Shown: positions 9,617-20,073, numbered from the stretch's first letter. The stretch: 64,000 nucleotides of DNA from an uncultured archaeon (GCA_964584335.1 CAZOZN010000002.1:130974-194973), one strand, 5' to 3'. Translations and numbers: made by a program. The notes: generated from the sequence alone by a model not told the origin.

Positions 9617-10576
9617 ATGGCTCTGGTTATCAAAAAAAGTGAAGTGCACTCTTTACTGGACAAACTGGCAGAGAAATATATTTTAATTGCACCAAAAAAG
9701 AAAGGAGAAGAGATTAATTTTGATTACATAAATGAGGGCAAAGAGGCATGTCTAAATTACATAAATACAAAATATTCACCCAAGAGTTTTTTTATACCTG
9801 ACGGAGAGACTATTTTCAAATACAAAAAAAGTAATATAAATTTTTACCTAAGAAAAGAAAAAAGAATAATATTCGGTTTGAGACCTTGTGACGCTCACTC
9901 TCTAGAAGTTTTGGATAATATATTTCTCGGTGAAATAAAAGACCCTTATTATATGAACAAAAGAAAAAACACAATATTAATAGTAATAAACTGTAGTGAT
10001 TCCGGCGAAAATTGCTTCTGTCAGTCAATGGGAACCGACAGGACAAAAGAATACGATATTCTGTTAAGCGAGACAGAAAAATACTACGTTTTAGAAGACT
10101 ACAAAAAAAAGTATAAAAATATTATAAAGTATTTTAAAAAGTCAAAAAGACCGAAAATAAAAAAATTAAAAAACAAAAGAAAATTAAATTCAAAAAACAT
10201 AGAAAAAAAATTATTAAAAGTATTCAAAAACAAAAAATGGGAAAAAATATCAAATAAATGCCTATCATGCGGGGGATGTACAATTGTTTGTCCCACATGT
10301 TACTGCTTCAACCTAGAAGACAAACCGGATTTTGGCGGGTCGGGTGAGAGAAAAAGATACTGGAGTTCTTGTATGTTGAAGGGATTCTCCCGTGTGTCTG
10401 GTGGGAATTTCCGACAGAGCAGGACAGAAAGATGTAAACAGTTTGTATTTCACAAACTAAGCTACTTCAAGGAGAAATATGGAAAGCAGTTATGTGTAGG
10501 ATGCGGGAGATGTGTTGAAATCTGCCCGACGGGCATAGATTTCTTCAGGGAAGTCGAGAAAATGGTGAAAAAATGA
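9617..10576 (+). CDS. hydB: Group 3b [NiFe] hydrogenase (sulfhydrogenase) beta subunit
   Basis: FGLRPCD, CFC, CLSCGGCTIVCPTCYC, CVGCGRCVEICP. Confidence 0.9.
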   Translation: MALVIKKSEVHSLLDKLAEKYILIAPKKKGEEINFDYINEGKEACLNYINTKYSPKSFFIPDGETIFKYKKSNINFYLRKEKRIIFGLRPCDAHSLEVLDNIFLGEIKDPYYMNKRKNTILIVINCSDSGENCFCQSMGTDRTKEYDILLSETEKYYVLEDYKKKYKNIIKYFKKSKRPKIKKLKNKRKLNSKNIEKKLLKVFKNKKWEKISNKCLSCGGCTIVCPTCYCFNLEDKPDFGGSGERKRYWSSCMLKGFSRVSGGNFRQSRTERCKQFVFHKLSYFKEKYGKQLCVGCGRCVEICPTGIDFFREVEKMVKK

Positions 10577-11373
10577 ACCCATATATACCAAAAATGTTCA
10601 AGATAGAGAAAGTGAAAAAAGAGTCACCTGAGGTAAAAAGCTTCTGGTTTAAAATGCCGGGTATAAAATTTAATCCAGGACAGGTCATAATGGTATCTGT
10701 ACTCGGATTTGGGGAGTCAACGTTTGGAATAATACCAACAGAAAGAAAGGATGTTTACGAGTTCACTATGAGAAAAACAGGAACTGTTACGGACAAACTA
10801 TTTGATATGACCAAAGGTAAAAAAATAGGAATAAGGGGGCCGTTTGGAAAAGGTTATCCAGTCAAATATATGAAAGGAAAAAATATAATGCTTATCGCAG
10901 GAGGAATAGGAATACCTCCAATAAAATCTCTTTTGCTTGATTTAATAAAAAAAAGGGAAGAATATAAAAATATTAGCCTGCTTTACGGGGCTAGAACGCC
11001 AGCAGATATTGTTTACAAAAATGACATTAAAAAATGGAAAAAAGAAGAAAACATTGAAGTGAAAGTTACTGTAGACAAGGCCGATAAAAAATGGAAAGGA
11101 AATGTAGGGGTTGTGACTGAGTTAATTGGTTGCGAAAACAAAAAAGAGACTGTAGCCTGTATGTGCGGGCCTTGTGTAATGTCAAAATTTGTTTGCAAAA
11201 AACTTAAGGGAATGGGAATAAAAGAAAACCAGATATACGTATCAATGGAAAGACTTATGAAATGTGGAATAGGTATGTGTGGTCATTGCAACATAGGCAA
11301 GGCTTATGTATGTAAAGACGGTCCTGTGTTCAGACTGGATAAGCTAATGGAATTAACCGAGGGTGTTTGGTGA
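10573..11373 (+). CDS. hydG: Sulfhydrogenase gamma subunit (FAD/NAD(P) binding, 2Fe-2S)
   Basis: RGPFGKG, AGGIG, YGARTP, CGP, ERLMKCGIGMCGHC...CKDGPVF. Confidence 0.92.
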   Translation: MNPYIPKMFKIEKVKKESPEVKSFWFKMPGIKFNPGQVIMVSVLGFGESTFGIIPTERKDVYEFTMRKTGTVTDKLFDMTKGKKIGIRGPFGKGYPVKYMKGKNIMLIAGGIGIPPIKSLLLDLIKKREEYKNISLLYGARTPADIVYKNDIKKWKKEENIEVKVTVDKADKKWKGNVGVVTELIGCENKKETVACMCGPCVMSKFVCKKLKGMGIKENQIYVSMERLMKCGIGMCGHCNIGKAYVCKDGPVFRLDKLMELTEGVW

Positions 11374-12120
11374 GTGTTGAGAGGTGCATTTATAACATTG
11401 ACTTCCTGTTTTGGTTGTAGTTTTGAATTTCTAAACCTAAAGGAAAAATTGGAGGATGTTTTTAAGGAAATAGATTTTATAGATTTCAAGCTTTTAAAGG
11501 AAAAAAACATCGAGGGAAAATACGAAATAGCTTTTGTAGAAGGAGGCATATCAAGAAAAGGAGAGATAAAAAAAATAAAAGAGATAAGAAAAAGAACAAA
11601 AACTCTAATTGCCTTGGGTTCTTGTGCATGTAATGGATGTGTAATGACAGCAAAAAACTACAGTAAAGATGCAGAAAAAGAAGTTTATGGAAATAATATT
11701 TTTGGATCCACTGAGGTAACTGGGATAGACAAGCACGTGAACGTAGACTACTACCTTAATGGCTGTCCTTTTTTTAGACATGAATTATTGGACCTCCTAA
11801 AGTCAATCCTGATAGGGAAACCTTGGAAAGAAAAAGATTATGATGTCTGCGTGGAATGTAGAAAAAGAGGCAATGAATGTCTTTTGGATAAAAAAGAGCT
11901 GTGTTTCGGTCCAATAACGAGAGCGGGTTGTAAGGCTGTTTGCCCGACAAACAATTACTCTTGTGTTGGTTGTCGGGGTATTATAAAAGACGCAAACCTT
12001 GAGGAATTTTTTAATACATTAATTAAGTTTATGAAAAAAAGTGATATAAAGAAAAAACTTGAACTATATAATCTATATGAAAATGTAAAGAGGAGTGAAG
12101 CATGGAAGAAATTAAGATAA
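11374..12120 (+). CDS. hydD: Sulfhydrogenase delta (small) subunit
   Basis: TSCFGC, VEGG, ALGSCA, GCP, VCVEC...C...CFGPITRAGC.A.CP...CVGCRG. Confidence 0.92.
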   Translation: MLRGAFITLTSCFGCSFEFLNLKEKLEDVFKEIDFIDFKLLKEKNIEGKYEIAFVEGGISRKGEIKKIKEIRKRTKTLIALGSCACNGCVMTAKNYSKDAEKEVYGNNIFGSTEVTGIDKHVNVDYYLNGCPFFRHELLDLLKSILIGKPWKEKDYDVCVECRKRGNECLLDKKELCFGPITRAGCKAVCPTNNYSCVGCRGIIKDANLEEFFNTLIKFMKKSDIKKKLELYNLYENVKRSEAWKKLR

Positions 12121-13373
12121 ACCACATAACCAAAATAGAGGGACATGCAAGCCTTTCTGTCAAATTTGACCACAAAAAAAAGAAAGTAAAAACATGTTCG
12201 CTTCAGGTATTCGAGAGTCCCAGATATTTTGAGCCTATGTTAAGAGGACGTAATTACAAGGAAATACCTTATATGTCAGGCAGGATATGCGGGATATGTA
12301 ATGTTGCTCATCTTTTATGTTCAATACAGGCTGTTGAGAACGCACTTAAAATAAAAACAACTAGTCAGACAGAACTTCTCAGAGAACTTTTAAATTTGGC
12401 GAACATATTTCACAGCCACATACTCCAGTTATATTTCATGGCATTGCCAGATTATCTGGGGGTATCTTCGGTTCTTGACATAAAGGATGTAAGCCATGTA
12501 AAAAGATGTATAAAAATAAAAGAAGTAGCAAATGATATAATTAAAAAAATAGGCGGGAGAACAATACACCCGATTACCGCAGTGGTTGGTGGATTTACAA
12601 AAATACCAAAAAACGATGACATGAAATATCTTTTAAAAAAATTAAAAACAGCAAAGAAAGAAGCTTTAAAATCAGCAAAACTGTTTATGGAATTACAAAA
12701 AACAGGATTTGATTTTAAAACGGATTTCACATCTTTGTCCGGTGAAGGTTATCCTTTTTTAAAAGGAAATATAAAATTCCTATCTGGTTTAGAGTTTGAA
12801 CCAGAGGATTATAAAAATCATCTAAAAGAAGAAACGGTACCTTACTCAACATCAAAACACGTCACCCTGAGAGGCAAGACTTTTATGGCGGGACCCCTGG
12901 CAAGAGTTAATATTCATCCTAGAAAACTTTCTGAAAGTTCTTATAACTTATTAAAGAAAACTAAAATAGAAATACCAAACTACAACCTTTTTAATGCAAA
13001 CTTGGCAAGAGCAATAGAAGTGGTGCACTGTATAGACAGGTGCATAGAAATTATAGAAAACATTGATTTGAGAAAAGAAAAAATAATCAGGGGTAAATTA
13101 AGAAAAGGAGAGGCGGTTGGTTCTAGTGAAGCGCCAAGGGGTGTTTTATACCATCACTATAAAATAGGAAAAGATGGTAAGGTTAAAAAAGCGAATATAA
13201 TACCACCCACAACACAGAATGTAAAAAACATGGAAGAATCTATTAAACAGTTATTGCCCGAGATAATGAATCTAAATAAAAATAAAATGGAGTTAGAAAT
13301 TGAGAAACTGCTAAGGGCTTACGACCCATGCATGTCCTGCTCCGCTCATTTCCTCAAGTTGAAATTTGTTTAA
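12102..13373 (+). CDS. hydA: [NiFe] hydrogenase large (alpha) subunit, group 3b
   Basis: KIEGH, L1 RICGIC, EAPRG.L.H, L2 DPCMSCSAH followed by a short C-terminal extension. Confidence 0.96.
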   Translation: MEEIKINHITKIEGHASLSVKFDHKKKKVKTCSLQVFESPRYFEPMLRGRNYKEIPYMSGRICGICNVAHLLCSIQAVENALKIKTTSQTELLRELLNLANIFHSHILQLYFMALPDYLGVSSVLDIKDVSHVKRCIKIKEVANDIIKKIGGRTIHPITAVVGGFTKIPKNDDMKYLLKKLKTAKKEALKSAKLFMELQKTGFDFKTDFTSLSGEGYPFLKGNIKFLSGLEFEPEDYKNHLKEETVPYSTSKHVTLRGKTFMAGPLARVNIHPRKLSESSYNLLKKTKIEIPNYNLFNANLARAIEVVHCIDRCIEIIENIDLRKEKIIRGKLRKGEAVGSSEAPRGVLYHHYKIGKDGKVKKANIIPPTTQNVKNMEESIKQLLPEIMNLNKNKMELEIEKLLRAYDPCMSCSAHFLKLKFV

Positions 13374-13719
13374 GTTTTTCAACCAACTCTTTGTCGCAAT
13401 TCTTATCGGGAATAGCTATTATTTTTACTTTGGTTCTTTTACCAATTTTTTTAAGGACTTTCAAAAAAAACGCTATGTCAAAATCATGTAAAGTATTGAG
13501 TCCTTTAGTTTCCAAATCATCTATATTGACTTCGGATACATTTTCTATATTTTTTGCAACATCCAAAACAACTATGTCATCTTCCATGTAATCCAGAATT
13601 GACTCTGGTGTTCTACAATAAATAAAATCGAGGTTTAATTTGTCCTTTATTCTCGAAACCGCATCTATAGCAGCACGGTCTTCTTTAAAATAATAATTTC
13701 CAAAATAAAGAATCTTCAT
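13354..13719 (-). CDS. Short divergent hydrogenase maturation protease-like protein
   Basis: ILYFGN....ED, VVLDV and LHDFD resemble HycI/HyaD motifs; convergent with and overlapping hydA. Confidence 0.6.
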   Translation of the reverse strand: MKILYFGNYYFKEDRAAIDAVSRIKDKLNLDFIYCRTPESILDYMEDDIVVLDVAKNIENVSEVNIDDLETKGLNTLHDFDIAFFLKVLKKIGKRTKVKIIAIPDKNCDKELVEKLKQIST

Positions 13720-13751
13720 AACAAATTTTAAATCCGGACAAATAAAAATTA

Positions 13752-14144
13752 CTACAATAAATATTTTGAAATTACTCTATTCAAACCCTCGATAGTATTC
13801 AAATTATTTTTTATGAAAATTCTTCTGATATTATTCCTTTCACTTTTTTTAACTCTAGTTCCGAACCTAATCATCATTTTTGATAATTTATTCGCTATTT
13901 TATCTCCCTCGGGGTCGAAATCACTCAGTATCAATACTTCCCCTCTTACTTTTTCAGATATGTTATAAAAACTTTTATACCTGTTTATTACATGAACGTC
14001 CGAGAAACCTATTCTTCTGAGAGTTTTCTCGTCTTTTATTCCTTCTACCAGAACTTTTCGGTCTTTAACTTCATCCAAAACATCAAAAAGCTTTTTAAGA
14101 TACTTTTCTGTAGAACAAGCCCTTGCCTTCTCTCTTCTCCTCAA
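13752..14144 (-). CDS. Small stand-alone TOPRIM-domain protein
   Basis: VLVEGIKD and ILSDFDPEG TOPRIM motifs; start uncertain. Confidence 0.85.
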   Translation of the reverse strand: MRRREKARACSTEKYLKKLFDVLDEVKDRKVLVEGIKDEKTLRRIGFSDVHVINRYKSFYNISEKVRGEVLILSDFDPEGDKIANKLSKMMIRFGTRVKKSERNNIRRIFIKNNLNTIEGLNRVISKYLL

Positions 14145-14469
14145 TCTTTCCCATCTCCCTTAGTTCCGATATTTTTCTGCTTACATACTCCTGCCTGTAT
14201 CCAAGAATCTCTGATATTTTCTGGGTATTCATCCATTGGTTCAGTATGCCAAGTATCTTCTTGTGGACTTCCTTAAATTCCTTTGAACGCTTTTGTTGAA
14301 GCAACTCATCCAGTTTCTTATTTACAAGGTCCATTTTCATCTCAATAATCTGAACTGTCTTTGCCAGATTACTATCCTGAACAGAATCTATTTTACCATT
14401 ATCCTTCAACTTTCTCAACATTTCAAGTTCTTTTGCTCTTTTTATTATGTCATCAGATGAACTGACCAA
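14095..14469 (-). CDS. Coiled-coil + winged HTH protein
   Basis: C-terminal TQKISEILGYRQEYVSRKISELREMGKIEEKREG wHTH pattern. Confidence 0.7.
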   Translation of the reverse strand: MVSSSDDIIKRAKELEMLRKLKDNGKIDSVQDSNLAKTVQIIEMKMDLVNKKLDELLQQKRSKEFKEVHKKILGILNQWMNTQKISEILGYRQEYVSRKISELREMGKIEEKREGKGLFYRKVS

Positions 14470-14478
14470 TTTAATCCC

Positions 14479-15510
14479 CTAAAAATATTTTTTAACGCTG
14501 TCCAAACTCTTAGTTAAAAGATTTATGGCGCTCTCTATATCACTCAAATCCGCAGTTTCTACTGTACTGTGCATATATCTAACAGGAACACTAACCAAGC
14601 CACCGGGCTTTCCCTCCTTGGTTAATATTGCCCTGGTTGCCTCCGTGGTTCCGCCAGAAGAAACACCAAGCTGGTAGGGTATTTTATTTTTCTTTGCAAC
14701 TTCCAAAAACATTTTCTTAATCTTCTCATGCACAATGAAACTGGAGTCCTGTATCCCTATTGTAACTCCACTGCCCAATTTAACTGATGTATCTCCTTTT
14801 ATGAAAGGATCTTCCGCGATACAAACATCAAGAGAAATTATTATATCGGGGTCTATGCCGAACATTGCTCCCTTTGCCCCCTTCAAACCTATTTCTTCCT
14901 GCACGCTACCTACGCCAAAAACAGTAAATCCCTTTGGCTTTATCTTTTTCATGGTCTCTGTTAAAACAGCACAGCTTATTCTGTTGTCGAAACACCTGCC
15001 GGAGACTCTTTTATTCTTAAGCTTGACAAATTCTCCGGTTACTTCAACGTAGTTTCCAACAGTTATTCCCATTTTTTCCGCGTCTTTTTTGTCTTTCGCA
15101 CCAACGTCAACATAAACATTTTTTAGCTTTACCTGTTTCTGCTTGTCCTCTTTTTCCTGCATGTGTGCTGCCTTGGAACCGATAACACCGTCTATTTTCC
15201 CCTTGTCTGAATAAATTAAAACTTTTTTCGAAGGCAGTATGTTTAAATCCCACCCCCCTACAGCATTTAGCTTTATGAAACCGTCTTCAGTCACGTTCTT
15301 GACCATAAAACCTATTTCATCCATGTGTGAAGTCAACAGTACCTTTAATTTACCCTTGCCTTTAACCGAAATAAGATTTCCAACACCATCCTCGTATATT
15401 TTGTCAACTTTGTTTTTTAGTTCTTTTCTCATCAATTCCTTAATCTCTTTCTCGTTGCCTGATATGCCGGAAGCATTTACAAAATTTTTAAGAAGAATAT
15501 CCAAACTCAT
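14479..15510 (-). CDS. M42 family (TET) aminopeptidase
   Basis: GISGNE, SHMDEIG, FDNR, VQEEIGLKGA, SLDV, RYMHS. Confidence 0.93.
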   Translation of the reverse strand: MSLDILLKNFVNASGISGNEKEIKELMRKELKNKVDKIYEDGVGNLISVKGKGKLKVLLTSHMDEIGFMVKNVTEDGFIKLNAVGGWDLNILPSKKVLIYSDKGKIDGVIGSKAAHMQEKEDKQKQVKLKNVYVDVGAKDKKDAEKMGITVGNYVEVTGEFVKLKNKRVSGRCFDNRISCAVLTETMKKIKPKGFTVFGVGSVQEEIGLKGAKGAMFGIDPDIIISLDVCIAEDPFIKGDTSVKLGSGVTIGIQDSSFIVHEKIKKMFLEVAKKNKIPYQLGVSSGGTTEATRAILTKEGKPGGLVSVPVRYMHSTVETADLSDIESAINLLTKSLDSVKKYF

Positions 15511-15545
15511 TATTACACCTCATAAAGTATTGAATTATTATGTTT

Positions 15546-16613
15546 TTATATTTTAAGAAATCTGGATTTGGTCAAGATATCAAATTTTTTACCTCTCATC
15601 AAAAAATCATTTTCTATCCTGGAGCCGCCGACCCCATCCACATAAACACCCGGTTCTATTGTAAAAGTCATGTTTTTCTTTATTCTGACATTGCCCCGGG
15701 GAGAAATTGAAGGATAATCATGAACCTCGAGACCAAAACCATGCCCCAAACCATGTTTAAGTTCGAATCCCCTATCTTTAATTAATTTTTCTGCGGAAAG
15801 GAAAAGATTCCTAGCCAAAACTCCGTTTTTTAGCTTCTTGAGCGAAAAAATATATGCATCTTTTACTGTATTGACTATCTTTTCCTCTGTTTTGTTAAGA
15901 CTGCCAATAGAAAAGGGTACTGTGACGTCGGAACAATAGCCATCGTACCTCACACCAAAATCAATCAGTCCGAGTCCTCTGCTTATTTTATTATCAGAAA
16001 AAGAAGGGAATGGGTGTATATGTGAAGATTTCTTTGAAGAAGTGACTATAGTGGGAAAAGACATCCCCTGTGCCCCATTATGAATTAGTTCTCTCTCTAA
16101 TGAAAGAGCCATCTTTTTTTCCGTAATGCCTTTTCTTAAGTTTTCTTTTATAAATTCTATTCCTTTGTTGGTTATTTTGCAAGCCTTCTTTATTTTGTCA
16201 ATCTCAAATTCGTCCTTTATTGTCCTTAATCGTGAAACTATTTCCGATATGTCAAATGTTTTTTTAATTTTTTTTGAAATTCTTAGCGGAAAAATTCTTT
16301 CGTCAACACCAACAACATCATCTTTATTTATTTTTTTTGATAATATGGCAGAAAGTTTTTCTTTCTTTTCAATAATCTCGTCCGCCTCGTTTCCCTTTGA
16401 CCTGTTAAAATCAAGAGAAGACAATATTAAAGTTGTTTTTTCTTTATCCACTAAAAAACAAGAAAAAGAATGATATTTTTCCTGCTCGAATCCTGTAAAA
16501 TAATAAATATTGGGGTCATCTATCGGTTCGCATGAAAAAAACAAGCAGACGTCTATTTTATTTTTCTCCATCTCTTTCCTCAGCCTTTTAAGTCTTCTAG
16601 AGAAAACCATCAT
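15546..16613 (-). CDS. Xaa-Pro dipeptidase/aminopeptidase P (M24B)
   Basis: DFG...GYCSD.T, HGLGHGFGLEVHD, TIEPGVY, RIEND. Confidence 0.93.
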   Translation of the reverse strand: MMVFSRRLKRLRKEMEKNKIDVCLFFSCEPIDDPNIYYFTGFEQEKYHSFSCFLVDKEKTTLILSSLDFNRSKGNEADEIIEKKEKLSAILSKKINKDDVVGVDERIFPLRISKKIKKTFDISEIVSRLRTIKDEFEIDKIKKACKITNKGIEFIKENLRKGITEKKMALSLERELIHNGAQGMSFPTIVTSSKKSSHIHPFPSFSDNKISRGLGLIDFGVRYDGYCSDVTVPFSIGSLNKTEEKIVNTVKDAYIFSLKKLKNGVLARNLFLSAEKLIKDRGFELKHGLGHGFGLEVHDYPSISPRGNVRIKKNMTFTIEPGVYVDGVGGSRIENDFLMRGKKFDILTKSRFLKI

Positions 16614-17179
16614 ACCACAGATACAAATTTGTTTCCTTTAATATAAAATCTTAGCCTTAGTTTTTCTCCCTTACTGAGCCCGATTCTTGTTGTTCTTACA
16701 ATTTCACTTGGCAAATAATTGTCCAGTACGTAAATTTTGTTTCCGGTCAATTTTTCACCGTTGTGCTCTCTATTTATTCCAAGAGCCTGTGTAAGTCTGC
16801 CCGGCCCGTTAGTCAATTCCTCACTTCCACGGTTCAACTTCATTATATCAATACCCTCCATGGGTTCTAATGCTCTTATAAGAACGGCGCCTGCCTTTCC
16901 CCTATCCTCTGTAGTAAAATTAAGACAATGGTACATTCCGTATATAAGATAAACATAAACACACCCGGTTGTATCGAACATTATGCTGTTTCTGGGTGTT
17001 CTTCCTCTTGAAGCATGGCTTCCGGGGTCTTTTTCCCCAAAGTAGGCCTCCGTCTCTACTATTTTTCCGCTTATAATTTTTCCATCTTTTTCATGGACGA
17101 GGACACAGCCCAGCAAGTCCCTTGCAACCTTGTCAGTCCTTCTCGAATAAAAATTCTCATTAAGTTTCATAATAATCAA
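16610..17179 (-). CDS. mpg: DNA-3-methyladenine glycosylase (MPG/AAG type)
   Basis: IVETEAY, YVYLIYGMYHCLN, AVLIRALEP, NGPGRL, RIG. Confidence 0.93.
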   Translation of the reverse strand: MIIMKLNENFYSRRTDKVARDLLGCVLVHEKDGKIISGKIVETEAYFGEKDPGSHASRGRTPRNSIMFDTTGCVYVYLIYGMYHCLNFTTEDRGKAGAVLIRALEPMEGIDIMKLNRGSEELTNGPGRLTQALGINREHNGEKLTGNKIYVLDNYLPSEIVRTTRIGLSKGEKLRLRFYIKGNKFVSVV

Positions 17180-17240
17180 TTATATTATAAACTTAAAAAA
17201 TGTTATAAGGTTATATAAAAAAGTTACAAAATCTATTTGT

Positions 17241-17936
17241 GTGGGAAAAATGAAAAACATAATCGAGCTAAAAAAAGTTAAGAAAATATACAAAATGGGT
17301 AAAATAGAAGTAAATGCGCTTAATGGTGTAAGTTTTAAGATAAACAAAAATGAGTTTATATCAATCGTCGGTGCCAGCGGTTCCGGTAAATCCACTCTTC
17401 TAAATGTCATGTGTTGTCTCAGCAGACCGACTGAGGGAAAAGTAACAATAGGAGGCAGAGATATATCAAAAATGGATGATAACGAGCTTGCTGTTATAAG
17501 GGGCAAAAAAATAGGTTTCGTGTTCCAGACATTCAACCTTATACAAAGGCTTAACGCAGTAGAAAACGTAACACTGCCCATGTGGTTTGTAGGAAAATCG
17601 GAAGGCGAAAGACGTGAAAGGGCATTGAAGTTGCTTAAGATGGTAGGCCTTGAAAAGAGGATAGACCACAGACCTTCCGAGATGTCCGGAGGAGAGAGAC
17701 AAAGAGTTGCAATAGCAAGGTCTCTTGCAAACAACCCATCAATAATAGTAGGTGACGAACCTACAGGAAACCTTGATTCAAAAACAGGAAAAGAAATATT
17801 AAATATATTTAAAGACCTATATAAGAAAGGGAAAACAGTTATACTTGTAACACATGACAAAAGTATCGCAAAACAGGCAAAAAAAAGAATATATCTAAAG
17901 GATGGTAAAATAGAAAAAACGGAGGGGAATAAGTAA
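17241..17936 (+). CDS. ABC transporter ATP-binding protein (LolD/MacB type)
   Basis: GASGSGKST, GFVFQTFNL, MSGGERQRVAIAR, DEPTGNLD, VTHD. Confidence 0.95.
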   Translation: MGKMKNIIELKKVKKIYKMGKIEVNALNGVSFKINKNEFISIVGASGSGKSTLLNVMCCLSRPTEGKVTIGGRDISKMDDNELAVIRGKKIGFVFQTFNLIQRLNAVENVTLPMWFVGKSEGERRERALKLLKMVGLEKRIDHRPSEMSGGERQRVAIARSLANNPSIIVGDEPTGNLDSKTGKEILNIFKDLYKKGKTVILVTHDKSIAKQAKKRIYLKDGKIEKTEGNK

Positions 17937-18832
17937 TGAAAATAAAGTTTTTAGCAATAATATTAATTTCTTTTTTAATTTTACCCGGTGTGGCTCTAGC
18001 ACAAACAAAGACACCGACTATTTCTATATCGCAACTAAAATATGACCCACAGCCGGCAGAGACAGGAAACTACATGACACTTTGGTTACAGATATACAAC
18101 GCAGGTATAAACAAGGCAGAAAATGTTACATTTGAACTTATACCAAAATATCCATTCTCGCTTGACCCTAACGAAGACCCCCTGAGAGAATATCATAACA
18201 TACCAGGCCTTTACACTTTCATACCCGAATATAAAATAAGGGTTGACAAGGATGCGGTCGAAGGTTGGAACGAGATAGGATACAGGTATAAAATAAACAA
18301 CGGCCCTTGGGTAGAGGATGAAATAAACATATCAGTTAGCGAACCTCCAGATGAGGCGGAACTTAAGGCTTTTTACGTTTCAACGGAACCGAAACCATAT
18401 CCAGGAGGAGAAACTACACTTTCTATAGACTTGGCAAACATAGCATCGGGCTCCGCTTACTACACAGTAGTTGGCGCGGAAAGCGAAATAGCCGAAATAG
18501 AAGTAAACGAAATTTTTATAGGAACCATGGACGCGGACGACTTTGATACTATAGATTTTGACCTTGAGATAAAGGAAAACGTTGCTCCCGGAAAATACCC
18601 AGTCAAAATAAAATCTTACTATAAAGACAGTGACGATAAAAGATACGAATCAGAAAACGTTGTTTACATGAAAGTATATGACAAAAACGAAATATTGGAA
18701 GAACAACAAATAGAGACGCCTTGGTACCAGTATCTGGCTTACATAATAGTAGCTTTAATAATAATAAAATATTTCATAACACCGTTCGCAAAAAAAGTTA
18801 TTTCCTTCTTTAACAAGAAGAGAAAGAAATAG
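17936..18832 (+). CDS. COG1361-like S-layer/Ig-fold membrane-anchored protein
   Basis: Signal peptide, YDPQPAE.G, acidic beta-rich repeats, C-terminal TM with basic tail; sits between ABC ATPase and permease. Confidence 0.75.
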   Translation: MKIKFLAIILISFLILPGVALAQTKTPTISISQLKYDPQPAETGNYMTLWLQIYNAGINKAENVTFELIPKYPFSLDPNEDPLREYHNIPGLYTFIPEYKIRVDKDAVEGWNEIGYRYKINNGPWVEDEINISVSEPPDEAELKAFYVSTEPKPYPGGETTLSIDLANIASGSAYYTVVGAESEIAEIEVNEIFIGTMDADDFDTIDFDLEIKENVAPGKYPVKIKSYYKDSDDKRYESENVVYMKVYDKNEILEEQQIETPWYQYLAYIIVALIIIKYFITPFAKKVISFFNKKRKK

Positions 18833-18841
18833 GTCAAGCCT

Positions 18842-20044
18842 ATGTCCGGGATTTGGAAAATTATATATAGAAATTTGACTTATCAAAAGCTTAGGACTGC
18901 CCTTACACTTTTAGGAATCATAATAGGAATAGGGGCCATAACATCGATGGTTACTCTGGGAGATTCTCTAGAAAATGCGATAAATGAACAGTTCGAACAG
19001 ATAGGCACGGATAAGGTAATAATAACACCCGGAGCCCCAAATTCTGTCGGTTTCTCCGGCTCTGCTTTTTCAACGGACAGTCTTACGGAAAAGGACGAGA
19101 AGGTTGTAGAAAGAGTAAACGGTGTTGAAACCGTATTCGGTATACTCAGCAAAACTGCTAAGATATCGATAGGAAAAGAAGATACTTACAGCACGGTTAT
19201 GTCGTGGGAAATTGAAAAGGCGGGGGACCTTTTTTCAGATATGCAGGGTTACGAGATAAAGGAAGGCAGGGACCTCAAGGAAAACGATAAATACTCCGTA
19301 GTTGTCGGTCATCTTGCAAAGACAAGGTTGTTTGAAAGGGAAATAAAATTAAGAGACAAATTAGAAATAAACGGAAGGAACTTTAAAGTTGTGGGTTTAC
19401 TTGAAAAAATAGGAAATCCGGTTGACGACATGTCAATTCTTATACCGATAGAATCTGGTAAGGAAGTTTTCAACAACAGCGACGAATTTTCGATGATTTT
19501 CGTGGATGTAAGAGATGATTTTGACATAGAAAAGGTTTCCGATAAAATAAAAGAAGAGCTTGAAAAGTCAAGAGGCGCAGAGGACTTTAAAGTACAGACT
19601 TTTGGAGATATATTGGAAATAGCAACGAATGTATTGGACGTAATACAGATTGTTTTTATAGGAATATCCGCAATATCATTGCTTGTGGGCGGTATAGGTA
19701 TAATGAATATAATGCTAATGACTGTTTTGGAAAGAACAAAGGAAATAGGAATAATGAAAGCCACCGGTGCAACAAACAGAACGGTGCTGGTTCTATTTTT
19801 GGGCGAATCTGCCCTGGTTGGTTTTCTTGGAGGTTTGGTTGGCTTCTCAATAGGATTTGTTGGTTCTTACTTTGTAGCACAATACGCAGCTTCCTCTGTT
19901 AGCATACCAATAAATGTTTACTTCTCCCCGGAATTGTTTGTAGGTTCAATACTGTTTTCTGTTCTTGTGGGGATGTTATCGGGGGCTTATCCTGCAAGAA
20001 AGGCTTCTTTGATGGATCCTGTTGATGCTCTTAGATACGAATAG
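18842..20044 (+). CDS. ABC transporter permease (MacB/FtsX type)
   Basis: RTALTLLGIIIG, GGIGIMNIM...VLERTKEIGIMKA.GA, YPARKAS.MDPVDALRYE. Confidence 0.95.
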   Translation: MSGIWKIIYRNLTYQKLRTALTLLGIIIGIGAITSMVTLGDSLENAINEQFEQIGTDKVIITPGAPNSVGFSGSAFSTDSLTEKDEKVVERVNGVETVFGILSKTAKISIGKEDTYSTVMSWEIEKAGDLFSDMQGYEIKEGRDLKENDKYSVVVGHLAKTRLFEREIKLRDKLEINGRNFKVVGLLEKIGNPVDDMSILIPIESGKEVFNNSDEFSMIFVDVRDDFDIEKVSDKIKEELEKSRGAEDFKVQTFGDILEIATNVLDVIQIVFIGISAISLLVGGIGIMNIMLMTVLERTKEIGIMKATGATNRTVLVLFLGESALVGFLGGLVGFSIGFVGSYFVAQYAASSVSIPINVYFSPELFVGSILFSVLVGMLSGAYPARKASLMDPVDALRYE

Positions 20045-20050
20045 AAAAAT

Positions 20051-20073
20051 TATAACATTGTTATATTTAAATA
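20051..20073 (+). promoter_or_regulatory. Palindromic operator TATAACA-T-TGTTATA abutting TATA box TTTAAATA
   Basis: Perfect inverted repeat at 20051-20065, immediately 5' of the TATA box of an HTH gene. Confidence 0.55.
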
